DNA of 64,000 bases from Alphaproteobacteria bacterium (lineage in GTDB: Bacteria; Pseudomonadota; Alphaproteobacteria; UBA2966), in contig OZ219856.1 in the NCBI GenBank assembly GCA_964291395.2, positions 1,472,001 to 1,536,000 of the forward strand, given 5' to 3'. The notes beneath the pieces are model-generated. The model was not told where the DNA came from, did not search any database, and worked only from the letters and a program-made list of their open reading frames with translations. Of the stretch, positions 18,925-28,799 are shown one piece after another; the first letter of the stretch is position 1; every line of letters starts with the position of its first letter. Position numbers and translations under genes: made by a program.

Positions 18925-19396
18925 GCTCCGGACTCGCCTTTCCCGTGACCGACTCCACGGCTTCGATGATTTTCTTATAGCCGGTGCAGCGGCACAGATT
19001 CCCCTTGATGGCCTCCACGATTTCCGACCGCGTCGGTTTTGGGTTCTCTTCCAGCAACGCCGTCGCCGTCATGAGGAATCCCGGCGTGCAGTAACCGCAT
19101 TGCACGGCGCCGTGGGTGAGAAAAGCCTGTTGCAGGGGACTCAGCCGCCCGTCCCCTTCCAGACCCTCCACGGTCCTGATTTCTCGACCGTCCGCCTGGG
19201 GCGCGAGCAGCAGGCAGGAGCTCACGGGTCGGTCGTCGAGCAAGACCGTGCAGGCGCCACACACGCCCATGCTGCAGTCCTTGTGCGTGCCCGTCAGGCC
19301 CAACCGCTCGCGGAGGATACCGACGACGGTTTCGGTCGGCTCGACCGACAGCGAGTGCGGCCGGCCGTTGACGTTCAGGGTGACGTCCACCGTCAT
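18899..19396 (-). CDS. (2Fe-2S)-binding small subunit of a Mo hydroxylase (CoxS-like)
   Basis: CSMGVCGACT, QCGYCTPG, GNLCRCTGY; ATG at 19396 coupled to the upstream stop. Confidence 0.92.
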   Translation of the reverse strand: MTVDVTLNVNGRPHSLSVEPTETVVGILRERLGLTGTHKDCSMGVCGACTVLLDDRPVSSCLLLAPQADGREIRTVEGLEGDGRLSPLQQAFLTHGAVQCGYCTPGFLMTATALLEENPKPTRSEIVEAIKGNLCRCTGYKKIIEAVESVTGKASPEHDDTHDQS

Positions 19397-20286
19397 CGGA
19401 TCAGGACCCCCTCCCCCTCCCAAGTTCCGGAGAACGCCTTCATCACGGTGCGCCGCAGCGTCACCGCTGCGACGTGGCGCTTGTAGTCGGCCGAATAGAG
19501 ATGGTCCTCGATCGGCTCCATTACGGCGAAAAGCCTTTCGCGCACTCGGTCAAATACCTCGTCGGAAGGGCTGACGTCCGTAAGCATCTCCTCCAACGCT
19601 TCCGAATAGACGGGCGTTTGCCCAACGCCTCCCAAGCCGAGCGAGATCTCTTCGATGCGTCCGTTGCCGGCTCCTCGGACCAGGCGGACCGCAGCGCTGA
19701 TCGTGGAGGTATAGTCCATGGCCTTGCGCGCGGCGTATTTCCCGAAGGCGGTGACCGACCCGGGTTTCATCGGCGGGATCAGGATCTCCTGCAGCAACTC
19801 GTCATCGCGAAGGGCGGTCTCGTAGAGGTCGACGAAGAACTCACGCACGGGAATATCACGCCTGCCGTCGGGACCCACGGCCCGCATGATCGCATCGAGA
19901 GCGAGCATGGCGATCGGGGGGTCGCCCTGCGGATCGGCCAAACATATGTTTCCGCCGATGGTTCCCTTGTTCATGATCCGGCCGCAGGCAATCTCGGCCG
20001 CCATCTCCGACATCATGGGGAAGGCCTCCGCGACGGTCTCCGACTCCGCCACTTCCCGGTGAGTGACGGCGGCGCCGATTCGAACCGTTCCATCGGACAA
20101 CCGGTCGATGCCGTGCAGGGCGTCAATCCGCGAGACATCGACGAGCCAACTCGGCTCGACGAGCTTTTCGTTCATCAGGATGACCAGCGCGACGCCGCCC
20201 GCGACGATGTGCGCCTCTCCCTTCGCCGCGACCAGGGCTTCGACGGCTTCGGCCGTGGTGCGAGCCGCGGTGTACCGGCAGCTCAT
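19393..20286 (-). CDS. FAD-binding medium subunit of a Mo hydroxylase (CoxM-like)
   Basis: IVAGGVAL, RIGAAVTH, NKGTIGGNICLADPQGD, SADYKRH. Confidence 0.9.
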   Translation of the reverse strand: MSCRYTAARTTAEAVEALVAAKGEAHIVAGGVALVILMNEKLVEPSWLVDVSRIDALHGIDRLSDGTVRIGAAVTHREVAESETVAEAFPMMSEMAAEIACGRIMNKGTIGGNICLADPQGDPPIAMLALDAIMRAVGPDGRRDIPVREFFVDLYETALRDDELLQEILIPPMKPGSVTAFGKYAARKAMDYTSTISAAVRLVRGAGNGRIEEISLGLGGVGQTPVYSEALEEMLTDVSPSDEVFDRVRERLFAVMEPIEDHLYSADYKRHVAAVTLRRTVMKAFSGTWEGEGVLIR

Positions 20287-22688
20287 GCGCCGTTTCCGTT
20301 CAGGAGACCGAGCACGTATTCGGCATCCATCGGCAGGCGGCTGGGACGTGCGTCCACGGCATCGGCGACCGCGCTCGCCATGGCCGCGGGTATCGGGATC
20401 AGGCTCACTTCGGCGACACCCTTGGCGCCGTAGGGTCCGGTGCGATCATGGGTGTCGACGAAGATACTCTCGATCTCCTGCGTGACGTCCTTGGCGCCGG
20501 GCAGCAAATAGTCCCGATAGTGGGGATTCATGATGTAACCGTCCTGGCGCACCACGCGTTCCCACAGCGCCTGACCGACCCCCATGGCAACACCGCCCTC
20601 GATCTGCCCTTCGGCACCCGTCGGATTGACGATCGTGCCGGCGTCATGGGCGCACCAGGCTTTCAGAAGATCGGTCGTGCCCAACTCCGTGTCCACCTCG
20701 ATCTCGACCAAGTGGGTCGCGAAGACGTAGGTGGGATAGGGATTGCCTTCGAAGGTCAGGATATTCACGGCAATGTCGGGATCGAACTTGCCGTAGCCGC
20801 CGATTCCATCGATGTCGTCGCCGATCAGACGGCAGGCCTCCTCGAAGGTCATGCGTTCGTTGCGGACGATGACCGAATCTTCCTGCAACCGCACTTCTTC
20901 CCGCGGTGCATGGAGCTTGTTCGCGACGGCCGTCTCGAACTGCTGCTTGAAGTCCTGGCCGGCGATGTGCGCCGCATTGCCCGAGAAGTACGTCGTGCGG
21001 GATGCCGAGGTCGGTCCCGAATCGTCGGTTTTCGTCGAGTCGCCGCTGACCACCCGGATGCGGTCTACGGCGATACCTGCGGACTCCGCGGCCACCATGG
21101 CAAGCGAGGTGTCGGACCCCGTGCCGATATCGGGTGTCCCGCAGAAGGCGGTCACCGTGCCGTCAGCCTCGGCGCGGACGCGCGCCGTCGACGGGTTGCG
21201 GACTCCACTGTAGCCGATTCCATAGCCCAGGCAGGCGATTCCGAGGCCGCGCCGCCGCGTGCCGTTCGATTGACCCGCAAGGTCCTTCTGTCGTTGTTCG
21301 TAGATCGGTTCGATGGCGTCGAGCGATTCGAGGAGGCCGACGTCCGTCAGGGTTTGGCCCGTGCTCGTGCGATCGCCATCGACCAAACCGTTGATGCGGC
21401 GAATCTCGATCGGGCTCATGCCCAACTTGTCGGCCAATTCATTGAGCTGGCATTCCATCGCAAATGCCACCTTGACCACGCCGAAGCTCCGCATGGCGCC
21501 GCTCGGCGCGTGATTTGTGAAGACGGCCGTGTGGCGCACCCTGAGGTTCGGGATGCGGTAGGGCATGCCGGCATGGATCACGCAACGGCCGCTGCAGATC
21601 ATGCTGTAGGAACGGTAGGCCCCGCCGTCAAAAAGATTGCGGACGTCGAGCGCCGTGATACGGCCGTCCTTCGTGGCCCCCAGGCGCTGATGGATCTTCA
21701 TGGCGTGGCGCTTGGTCGTCGCCGTGAAGACCTCCTCGCGGGTGAAGACTATCTTGACCGGCCGGCCGGTCTTGAGGGTCAGCAACGCCGAGGCGCACTC
21801 AACGGTGTTGTCCATCTTGCCGCCGAAAGCACCGCCCACCACCGTCTGGACGACCCGCACCCGCTCCATGGGACGGCCCGTGACCCGGGCAAGCTGCTTG
21901 TGGTGATAGTGAGGGTATTGCGTGCAGACCAGCACGGTCAGCACGTCGTCCGAGTCTACGAAGGCGACGCCGGCTGGCGTCTCCAGGAAACAATGGTCAA
22001 CGGGCTCGGTCTCAAAATCGTTCTCCAGGATGATGTCCGCTTCCGCGAAGCCGATTTCGATGTCGCCCTGGCTATGATGCAGGTCGGTGATGACGTTGCC
22101 GTCTTCGGGATCGATCCCGACGGTACCCTCGGCCAACGCCTGTTCCGGCGTGGTGACCGTCTCCAACGGCTCGTAGTCGACCTCGACAAGCAGGCACGCC
22201 GCCTCCGCCTGCTGTTCGGTCTCCGCGACGATCGCAACGATCGGTTCCCCGGCAAAGCGCACCTTGTCCCGGGCCAGGATCGGCGTGTCGTCCGAAATCG
22301 GACCGACCAGGAGGCGATCGTCGGGAATTTCCGCAGCAGTCAAAATGCCTTTGACGCCCGGTGCCGTCTCGGCCTTGGAGATATCGATCTTCAGGATTCG
22401 GGCGTGAGGGTATTGGCTGCGGACGAATCGTCCGTAGAGCATGCCCTCCATCTCGATGTTGCCCGCGTAACGGGCTCGGCCGCGCACCTTGTACAAGGCA
22501 TCGTTGCGCGGAATCCGCATGCCGATGGTCCGCGGATCGACATCGACATCCGTTCCTCGGTCCGCGCGCTCCTGCTCCACCGTATCCCGAACAAGGCGGT
22601 GGTATTCCGCCTGCCAGCGCGCCTGCTCCTCGACGGTTCCGAGCGCAAACTTTTCGCCTTCCGGCTCTTTCCAGTCTCCGACGGTCAA
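20283..22688 (-). CDS. Xanthine dehydrogenase family Mo-binding large subunit
   Basis: GGAFGGK, GAMRSFG, DIGTG, SASRTT, GQIEGG, GAKGVAE; shares the Y-G-I-G...NPS segment with the 8889..12542 enzyme. Confidence 0.9.
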   Translation of the reverse strand: MTVGDWKEPEGEKFALGTVEEQARWQAEYHRLVRDTVEQERADRGTDVDVDPRTIGMRIPRNDALYKVRGRARYAGNIEMEGMLYGRFVRSQYPHARILKIDISKAETAPGVKGILTAAEIPDDRLLVGPISDDTPILARDKVRFAGEPIVAIVAETEQQAEAACLLVEVDYEPLETVTTPEQALAEGTVGIDPEDGNVITDLHHSQGDIEIGFAEADIILENDFETEPVDHCFLETPAGVAFVDSDDVLTVLVCTQYPHYHHKQLARVTGRPMERVRVVQTVVGGAFGGKMDNTVECASALLTLKTGRPVKIVFTREEVFTATTKRHAMKIHQRLGATKDGRITALDVRNLFDGGAYRSYSMICSGRCVIHAGMPYRIPNLRVRHTAVFTNHAPSGAMRSFGVVKVAFAMECQLNELADKLGMSPIEIRRINGLVDGDRTSTGQTLTDVGLLESLDAIEPIYEQRQKDLAGQSNGTRRRGLGIACLGYGIGYSGVRNPSTARVRAEADGTVTAFCGTPDIGTGSDTSLAMVAAESAGIAVDRIRVVSGDSTKTDDSGPTSASRTTYFSGNAAHIAGQDFKQQFETAVANKLHAPREEVRLQEDSVIVRNERMTFEEACRLIGDDIDGIGGYGKFDPDIAVNILTFEGNPYPTYVFATHLVEIEVDTELGTTDLLKAWCAHDAGTIVNPTGAEGQIEGGVAMGVGQALWERVVRQDGYIMNPHYRDYLLPGAKDVTQEIESIFVDTHDRTGPYGAKGVAEVSLIPIPAAMASAVADAVDARPSRLPMDAEYVLGLLNGNGA

Positions 22689-22838
22689 ACGATCACCTCC
22701 CCGGACGGATTATCGCGCTGCGCAAAACACAATACACCCCCTTCAGGGAGGGAGAAGAAAATAGCCGTGCATTCGCTCCCATCTCCCGACAAGGGAAGGT
22801 TGGACGGGGCCGCACCATGCTGCATCGCATCCACCGCC

Positions 22839-25007
22839 TCAGACGATTATCCGTGCGTCCACGACAACGGACCCACTTTCGCCGACGATCAAGGGATTGA
22901 TGTCGATCTCCTTGATCGAAGAATGACTCGAGACCAGTTGCGACACCCTCAGGAGTGTGTCGACGACGGAGTCGACGTCCGAGGGTGTTTCGCCCCGTAC
23001 CCCCTCCAGCAGCGGATACAGCTTCAGTTCGGCCAGCATGCCGCGCGCCTCGGTCTCGTCGACCGGCGCCAGGCGGAACGCGTAGTCATCGAGAACTTCC
23101 GTGTAGATGCCACCCGTTCCAACGATCAGACACGATCCGAACGTGGGGTCCCGTTTGGCGCCGATCATGATCTCCTTGCCTTTGGGCGCCATCGCTTGAA
23201 GCAATACGCCCTCGATCGCCGCCCCCGGATTGGCACGCAGGACATCCTCACGCATACCGTAATAGTTCTCCAGGAGTGCCCGATCGTCGGCAATGTCCAG
23301 CCGAACGCCGCCGTCATCCGATTTGTGAATGATGTCGGCGGACACCACCTTCATGCAGAGCGGATATCCGATCTCGGCGGCCCTCCGCGCGAGCTCGCCA
23401 TCGCTTTTCACCAGTTCCCAGCGAGCCGAGTTGATGCCGTAAGCGTCAAGGATCTCGAGGCTTTCCGTGAACAGGTAGGGAGAGCCGGATTGCACCGCGG
23501 AGGCCAGCAGTTCGTCCGTGCGCCCGTCGTCCACGTCGAATCGGGGCGGGGCGCTGCGACTCGCCGCGCTGCGGACGGCCCCGTAATCCGCCATCTTGGC
23601 GATCGTGGCGGCCGCGGAGTCCAGAGAGGGGAATACCATTGCCGTGCCCTCATCCTCGATCCTCTTGCTGAAACCGGCGATGTCGAGACCGTAGGTCCAG
23701 CAGAGAACAGGCTTTTCCCGAAACCGCGACGCGATCTCGCCGACGTATCGGGAGGCGTCGAGGGCATCGTATTTGGGCAGGGTGTAGGAGCAGTAGATGC
23801 AGATGACGGCGTCGACGGCGTCGTCGCGCACCACCTGCTCGAGGATGCGGGGAAAGGAGGCGTCGAAATCCCGCGCGACCGGAATCCAGATGTCGACCGG
23901 GTTGTCGATGGTCAGCCAGGGAGGAAACAGGTCCCTGATGCCGTTTATCGTTTCCTCCGAAAGCCTGGCAAGCTCCAAGCCCGCGCCCTCGATGGCATCG
24001 ATGGCAAGGATGGCACCGCCGCCCGAGAAACTTACGACCGCGACTCGCTTTCCCTTGGGCGGCGCGTAGGTCACCAGCGCCTTGGACAGCAGGCGCAGCT
24101 CTTCCGAATTCCGAGCGGGTATGATCCCGGCCTTGCGAAATGCCGCGTCGTACATCTCGTTTTCACCGGCCACGGCGCCGCTGTGGGAAGCGACCGCAAC
24201 CTGCCCGGTGTCGCTGCGACCCGCCTTGAGGAGCACGATGGGTTTCTCCTTCGAGACCCGTGATGCCGTCTCCACGAAAGCGCGGCCGTCAACGATACCT
24301 TCCACATGGCACTGGATGACTTTGATCCTGTCGCTCTGTCCGAAGTACGTGAGCACATCCACGAGATCGATATCGCTGGCATTACCGAGGTCGATCGACT
24401 TGCAGAAGCCGGCGGGCTCGTTGTTGATCAGATGATGCCCCATCATGAACAGGCCTGACTGAGAAACCTGTCCGATAGGCGTCTTGTCGTTTGCGAGTTC
24501 GATGAACGACGACGTGAAACACGAGAACGCATCGGCGACGCCGATCGTATTGGGGCCAAGGACGCGCAGATCGTTGGCCCGCGCCAGAGTCAGCATGTCC
24601 TCCTGCAGGCGACGACCCTCCTCGTCCGCGTCGGCGAATCCTTGCGTGATGACGACGGCACCCTTGATTCCCTTGGCGATACAGCCCGCCAGGACGCTTT
24701 GGACATGCTCCCGGGCGACGCTGACCACCGCGAGATCGATGTCTTGCGGAAGCGCATCGAGGCTCGCGCAAACATTGAAGCCGTCCGAATCGGCCGCGGT
24801 CATGTTGGGATTGATCACGTAGATCTCTCCCCCGTAGCCGTAGTCGTTCAGGGTCGTGAGCACGCTGACCGGAGCGCCGATCGCAGAACGAGACAGTCCC
24901 ACGACGACGACTTTTTTCGGCGCGAAGAAGCGCTCCAGGAAACCGACATCGCGCGCGGGCGGCATGTCGGCGTGCACAGGTCCGTCCGTTGATTGCCGAA
25001 GCGCCAT
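22839..25007 (-). CDS. ADP-forming acyl-CoA synthetase family (CoA-binding + ATP-grasp)
   Basis: VLGPNTIG, SQSG, KAGRS, ASHSGA, NPVDI, HKSDDGGV, EIDINPL. Confidence 0.9.
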   Translation of the reverse strand: MALRQSTDGPVHADMPPARDVGFLERFFAPKKVVVVGLSRSAIGAPVSVLTTLNDYGYGGEIYVINPNMTAADSDGFNVCASLDALPQDIDLAVVSVAREHVQSVLAGCIAKGIKGAVVITQGFADADEEGRRLQEDMLTLARANDLRVLGPNTIGVADAFSCFTSSFIELANDKTPIGQVSQSGLFMMGHHLINNEPAGFCKSIDLGNASDIDLVDVLTYFGQSDRIKVIQCHVEGIVDGRAFVETASRVSKEKPIVLLKAGRSDTGQVAVASHSGAVAGENEMYDAAFRKAGIIPARNSEELRLLSKALVTYAPPKGKRVAVVSFSGGGAILAIDAIEGAGLELARLSEETINGIRDLFPPWLTIDNPVDIWIPVARDFDASFPRILEQVVRDDAVDAVICIYCSYTLPKYDALDASRYVGEIASRFREKPVLCWTYGLDIAGFSKRIEDEGTAMVFPSLDSAAATIAKMADYGAVRSAASRSAPPRFDVDDGRTDELLASAVQSGSPYLFTESLEILDAYGINSARWELVKSDGELARRAAEIGYPLCMKVVSADIIHKSDDGGVRLDIADDRALLENYYGMREDVLRANPGAAIEGVLLQAMAPKGKEIMIGAKRDPTFGSCLIVGTGGIYTEVLDDYAFRLAPVDETEARGMLAELKLYPLLEGVRGETPSDVDSVVDTLLRVSQLVSSHSSIKEIDINPLIVGESGSVVVDARIIV

Positions 25008-25020
25008 TCGAGATCCCGCC

Positions 25021-26646
25021 TCAGGTTACGGCTTGTGCGTTTGCTTCTTGCGCGGTCCGGCTCGCGATCATCTCACGCAATCGAAACTTCTGGACCTTGC
25101 CCGACGGCGTCATCGGGAAGGTGTCGACGATCTCGATCCGCTCGGGCCATTTGGGTTTTGCGACGTTGGCCTTCGCCATCCAGTCGCGGACCTCCGCGAG
25201 GTCCAGGCGGTCACCCTCGGATAGAATGACGAAAGCGCAGCTGCGCTCCCCCAATCGCGGATCCGGCATGCCCACGACGGCGGCATTGGCCACGCGGGGA
25301 TGGGAGAAGAGGACGCTTTCGACGTCCGCGGGCGATATGTTGACCCCGCCCCTGATGATGAGATCCTTCATGCGGCCGGTGATCTTGATGTAGCCGTCCT
25401 CGTCCATCCAGGCCTGATCGCCCGTACGAAACCATCCGTCCTCGAGGAAACTTTTCTCGGTCAGGTCGGGGCGACCGTAGTAGCCCCGCGTCACCATGGC
25501 GCCGCGAGCCATAAGCTCCCCGTCGGTGCGGCGCGGAACTTCGTTGCCGTCCTGGTCGACGACTTTGAGCTCCATCGAGCTACAAGGCAGTCCGTCGGTC
25601 TCGAACAGCTTCTCCCGGGGCGCGTCATACGGGCACGTGGTCACTCCGCCGCACTCCGTCATGCCCCAGAGTGGCGACGTGAACGTGCAAGGCAAGGCGG
25701 TCTGGGCATCCCGCAAGAGCTGATCGGGGATCGAGGCGCCGCCACAAAGGAACAGTTTCATCGACGACAGGCTTCCGCGCCTCTCCAGATCCGAGTGATA
25801 AACCAAGTCCATCAGGAAGGGGGTCGCGGCCGCCATGAAGGTGCATTTCTCTTGCTGCAGAAGTTCAAGGGCACGGGCCGGGTCCCAACGTTCCTGAAGC
25901 ACGATGCTGCCGCCAATGGTCAGGGTCATGCGGAGTGCATGGGTGAACCCGACCGCGTGGCCGATGGGCGAACAGCCGAATATACGATCGCCTTCGTTGA
26001 AGCCATAGCGTTCGATGAACCCCATGTTGGTGGCGTGCAGGATTCGCGTGTCGTACACCGCTCCCTTGAGATCTCCGGTCGTACCGGAGGTGAAACCGAG
26101 TGCGGTGATGTCGCTCGCCTTGGGCTTCAGTCCTGCCAGGGATGGCTGATCGCCACGAGCCTCCCACGGCTCCCGCATCAATGCCTCGTAACTGACGCCG
26201 CTTGCGGACCCGATGTCGCCGCCCACGTGGATGACGTGCTCCAGCGTCGGCACACACTCGCGCAGGCTTTCCCCCATGGCCGCATAGTCGAAACCGTGAA
26301 ACCCGCGGGGGACGACGAGAGCTTTGGCCTTGGTCAACCGGATGACTCCGGTCAGTTCATGCTTTCGGTAGACGATGGGGATCGTCGCCGTAACGGCGCC
26401 GATCGCCGTGAGTGCCATGTGCAGGATCAGGAACGGCGCCCAATTCGGTAGCTGGATGATCACGACGTCGCCGTGACCGATATCGAGGTTCCGCAGTCCA
26501 TAGGCAAGCCGCTCGACCTGCTCGGCGGCCCGCGCATAGGTGATACGTCCGTGGATCTGGTCGCAAACCAGCTCGCGGGCCGGATCGCGTTCCGCAATGT
26601 CGAACAGCCGATCCGAAATGAGCTCGTCGGCCGCGGAAACCGTCAT
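25021..26646 (-). CDS. AMP-forming acyl-CoA ligase (cyclohexanecarboxylate-CoA ligase-like)
   Basis: FTSGTTGDLKG, WGMTE, GWFRTGD, GRMKDLIIRGG, MTPSGKVQK. Confidence 0.9.
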   Translation of the reverse strand: MTVSAADELISDRLFDIAERDPARELVCDQIHGRITYARAAEQVERLAYGLRNLDIGHGDVVIIQLPNWAPFLILHMALTAIGAVTATIPIVYRKHELTGVIRLTKAKALVVPRGFHGFDYAAMGESLRECVPTLEHVIHVGGDIGSASGVSYEALMREPWEARGDQPSLAGLKPKASDITALGFTSGTTGDLKGAVYDTRILHATNMGFIERYGFNEGDRIFGCSPIGHAVGFTHALRMTLTIGGSIVLQERWDPARALELLQQEKCTFMAAATPFLMDLVYHSDLERRGSLSSMKLFLCGGASIPDQLLRDAQTALPCTFTSPLWGMTECGGVTTCPYDAPREKLFETDGLPCSSMELKVVDQDGNEVPRRTDGELMARGAMVTRGYYGRPDLTEKSFLEDGWFRTGDQAWMDEDGYIKITGRMKDLIIRGGVNISPADVESVLFSHPRVANAAVVGMPDPRLGERSCAFVILSEGDRLDLAEVRDWMAKANVAKPKWPERIEIVDTFPMTPSGKVQKFRLREMIASRTAQEANAQAVT

Positions 26647-27581
26647 GAGACCTTCGGGGGCTCCATCTGTTCGAACGCGGGCAGCACGTCCTTCGCCAGA
26701 CGGTCGAGGTGCGCGCGCCGGTCGTCGGGAGGCACGATCGGAGCGAGGATGAAATAGTTCACGCCCACTTCCACGTACTTGGAGAGATAGTCGATGACAC
26801 GTTCGGGCGGGCCGTAGGCGCAGTACTTGTCGACGAGTTCTCCAAAATCCTGATCATAGCGGTAGGAAAGCTCCTTGACCCCCCACTTCCGCGCTTCCTC
26901 GACATCGTCGTAGAGGCTGACGTAGATGAAGCACGCCCACGCGTAGTCGTCGGGGAGCACGCGGCCGTAACCGCCCGCGTATTCGACGACCCGGTCGAAC
27001 GAGATCTTGCAGCGGTCCGCCGTGTACATGTACGGATGCCAACCATCGCCGATTCGCGCTGCCCGTTTCATGGGGCCGTCCTGCCGCCCCGAGACCCAGA
27101 TCGGGATACCGCCCGGCTGAACCGGAGTCGGATGCATGTCGACATCCTTCAGATGGAAGATCTTACCGTCGTAATCGAAGCGCTCTCCGGTCCAGTATTT
27201 CTTCATGATCTCGATGGCTTCGGTCGCGCGTTGACCCCGCTCCTTCATCGGGATTTCGCAGCCCGCGAATTCGCGCGGGTAGTCGCCACCGACACCGATC
27301 GTCATCAGGACGCGCCCATCCGATTGAACATCGAGACAAGAGAACTGTTTGGCCACCATCGTCGGATGCCGCAGGGGCAACAAGAGCGTTGCGGGTCCGA
27401 CCTTGATGCGGGAGGTGAGCGCCGCCGCCCGGGTCAGTGTCGTTACCGCTTCGAAAATGGGCCGGTGGTAAACGATATGTTCACCCGTCCAGAATGAATC
27501 GTAACCGAATTCCTCGACGGCGCGGATGTCATCCGCGCTCCACAGGTCACCGCCACATGTGACGCCGAACTTGGCTGGCAT
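26643..27581 (-). CDS. LLM-class flavin-dependent oxidoreductase
   Basis: E.FGYDSFWTGEH, LPLRHP..VAKQ..LD..S.GR, P.PVQPGGIPIWV, RAARIGDGW; start 27581 after a GGAGG SD. Confidence 0.9.
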   Translation of the reverse strand: MPAKFGVTCGGDLWSADDIRAVEEFGYDSFWTGEHIVYHRPIFEAVTTLTRAAALTSRIKVGPATLLLPLRHPTMVAKQFSCLDVQSDGRVLMTIGVGGDYPREFAGCEIPMKERGQRATEAIEIMKKYWTGERFDYDGKIFHLKDVDMHPTPVQPGGIPIWVSGRQDGPMKRAARIGDGWHPYMYTADRCKISFDRVVEYAGGYGRVLPDDYAWACFIYVSLYDDVEEARKWGVKELSYRYDQDFGELVDKYCAYGPPERVIDYLSKYVEVGVNYFILAPIVPPDDRRAHLDRLAKDVLPAFEQMEPPKVS

Positions 27582-27635
27582 TGGTCCTCCATTCACGACT
27601 CGCCGGCGCCTCTTTCGAGGCCTCCGGTTCAATGA

Positions 27636-28799
27636 TCATTTGGCTCGATATTTCTCAATCTTGTCGGGGTCGAGTTCGACGCCCAGCCCCGGCCCGTCGG
27701 GAACCGTCAGACAACCGTCGGCATAGGCAAAGGGTTCGGTGATGATGTCGTCGGTATAGAAGACGCCGCCGACCTTGGTCTGTTCCCGACCTTCCAACGT
27801 GTTGATGGTGATCACAGCAGGCATCACGGTGCCGTCGAGCGCCGCGGCAAGGTGCAAATTTGCCGCATTCCCCACACCCGCCTCGAGCGAGCCGTTGACG
27901 TTCATCGGCAGTCCAGCCGCCCGGGCGATCGCCCCGATCTCCATGGAGCGGAGCAGGCCACTGGCCTTGGTGTAGTAGATCGAGATGATGTCCGCCGCAC
28001 GGCGGTTCACAATCTCCAGCGCGTCCTGCGGCGACCAGCATCCTTCGTCGACGATGACGGGAACGTCGACGCCGGCCGCCACCGCCGCCATAGCATCGAT
28101 TCCCTCGACCGGCTGCTCGATGGCACAGATCATCGCCGCGTCCTGCATGGCCCTGACGGCCGCGATCGCCGTCTTGACGCTGCGGTAGCCGCGATTGACG
28201 TCGGGATAAAGATGGACGCCGTCTCCGACGGCCTGGCGGACCGCGCCGAGGACCTCCGTGTCTTTGGCCGGGTCACCCCCCACCTTGATCTGCATGTAAC
28301 CCAGGCCGTCGGCGGCGACCTGCGCCGCCTCGGCCGCGGCGTCTTCCGGCTCCGCGAGGCCGACGCTGTGGCAGATCGGGATTTGCTCGCGCATGGCGCC
28401 GCCGAGGAGTTGGTAGAGCGGCACGTTCATGTCTCTGGCGACGATATCCAACAGCGCGGACTCGATCATCGCCTTCGTGTACGGGAATCCCCGGGCGACC
28501 TCGTCCATCCGCATGAGCAGAGACCGCGTCGACCTCGGATCGGCGCCGATCAGGAGAGGTGACAGGACTTCGTCGACCAGGTAGCAGACGATCCGGGGAT
28601 CTTCGCCGAAATAGCGGCCGTGTTCTCCGCCCCAGCTGAGGATGGCCGGCGCCTCGCCGAGGCCCGTGATCCCGGTGTCGGTCGTCAGCTTGAGGATGAC
28701 ATATCGGCCGATCGGAACCTCCAGCGAACGCCAGCCGTAGGCGGACCGTCCCGGCAGTTCGACGATGATGGTCTCGAGTGATTCGACCTTCATGATCAC
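27636..28799 (-). CDS. Enolase-superfamily (MLE/mandelate racemase-like) enzyme
   Basis: GITGLGE, PLYQLLGG, metal ligands DVN/EQP/DE, VPDGPGLGVELD; QIK replaces KxK. Confidence 0.9.
   Translation of the reverse strand: MIMKVESLETIIVELPGRSAYGWRSLEVPIGRYVILKLTTDTGITGLGEAPAILSWGGEHGRYFGEDPRIVCYLVDEVLSPLLIGADPRSTRSLLMRMDEVARGFPYTKAMIESALLDIVARDMNVPLYQLLGGAMREQIPICHSVGLAEPEDAAAEAAQVAADGLGYMQIKVGGDPAKDTEVLGAVRQAVGDGVHLYPDVNRGYRSVKTAIAAVRAMQDAAMICAIEQPVEGIDAMAAVAAGVDVPVIVDEGCWSPQDALEIVNRRAADIISIYYTKASGLLRSMEIGAIARAAGLPMNVNGSLEAGVGNAANLHLAAALDGTVMPAVITINTLEGREQTKVGGVFYTDDIITEPFAYADGCLTVPDGPGLGVELDPDKIEKYRAK

Noticed and set aside
18899-22688. 4-hydroxybenzoyl-CoA reductase-type enzyme, suggested by the adjacent CoA ligases
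   Set aside because: The FAD subunit lacks the Cys-rich [4Fe-4S] insertion after GTIGGN that characterises HcrB.
22730-22812. Intergenic purine/pyrimidine tracts as a riboswitch or sRNA
   Set aside because: No recognisable aptamer; looks like a degenerate palindromic repeat and cannot be supported further.
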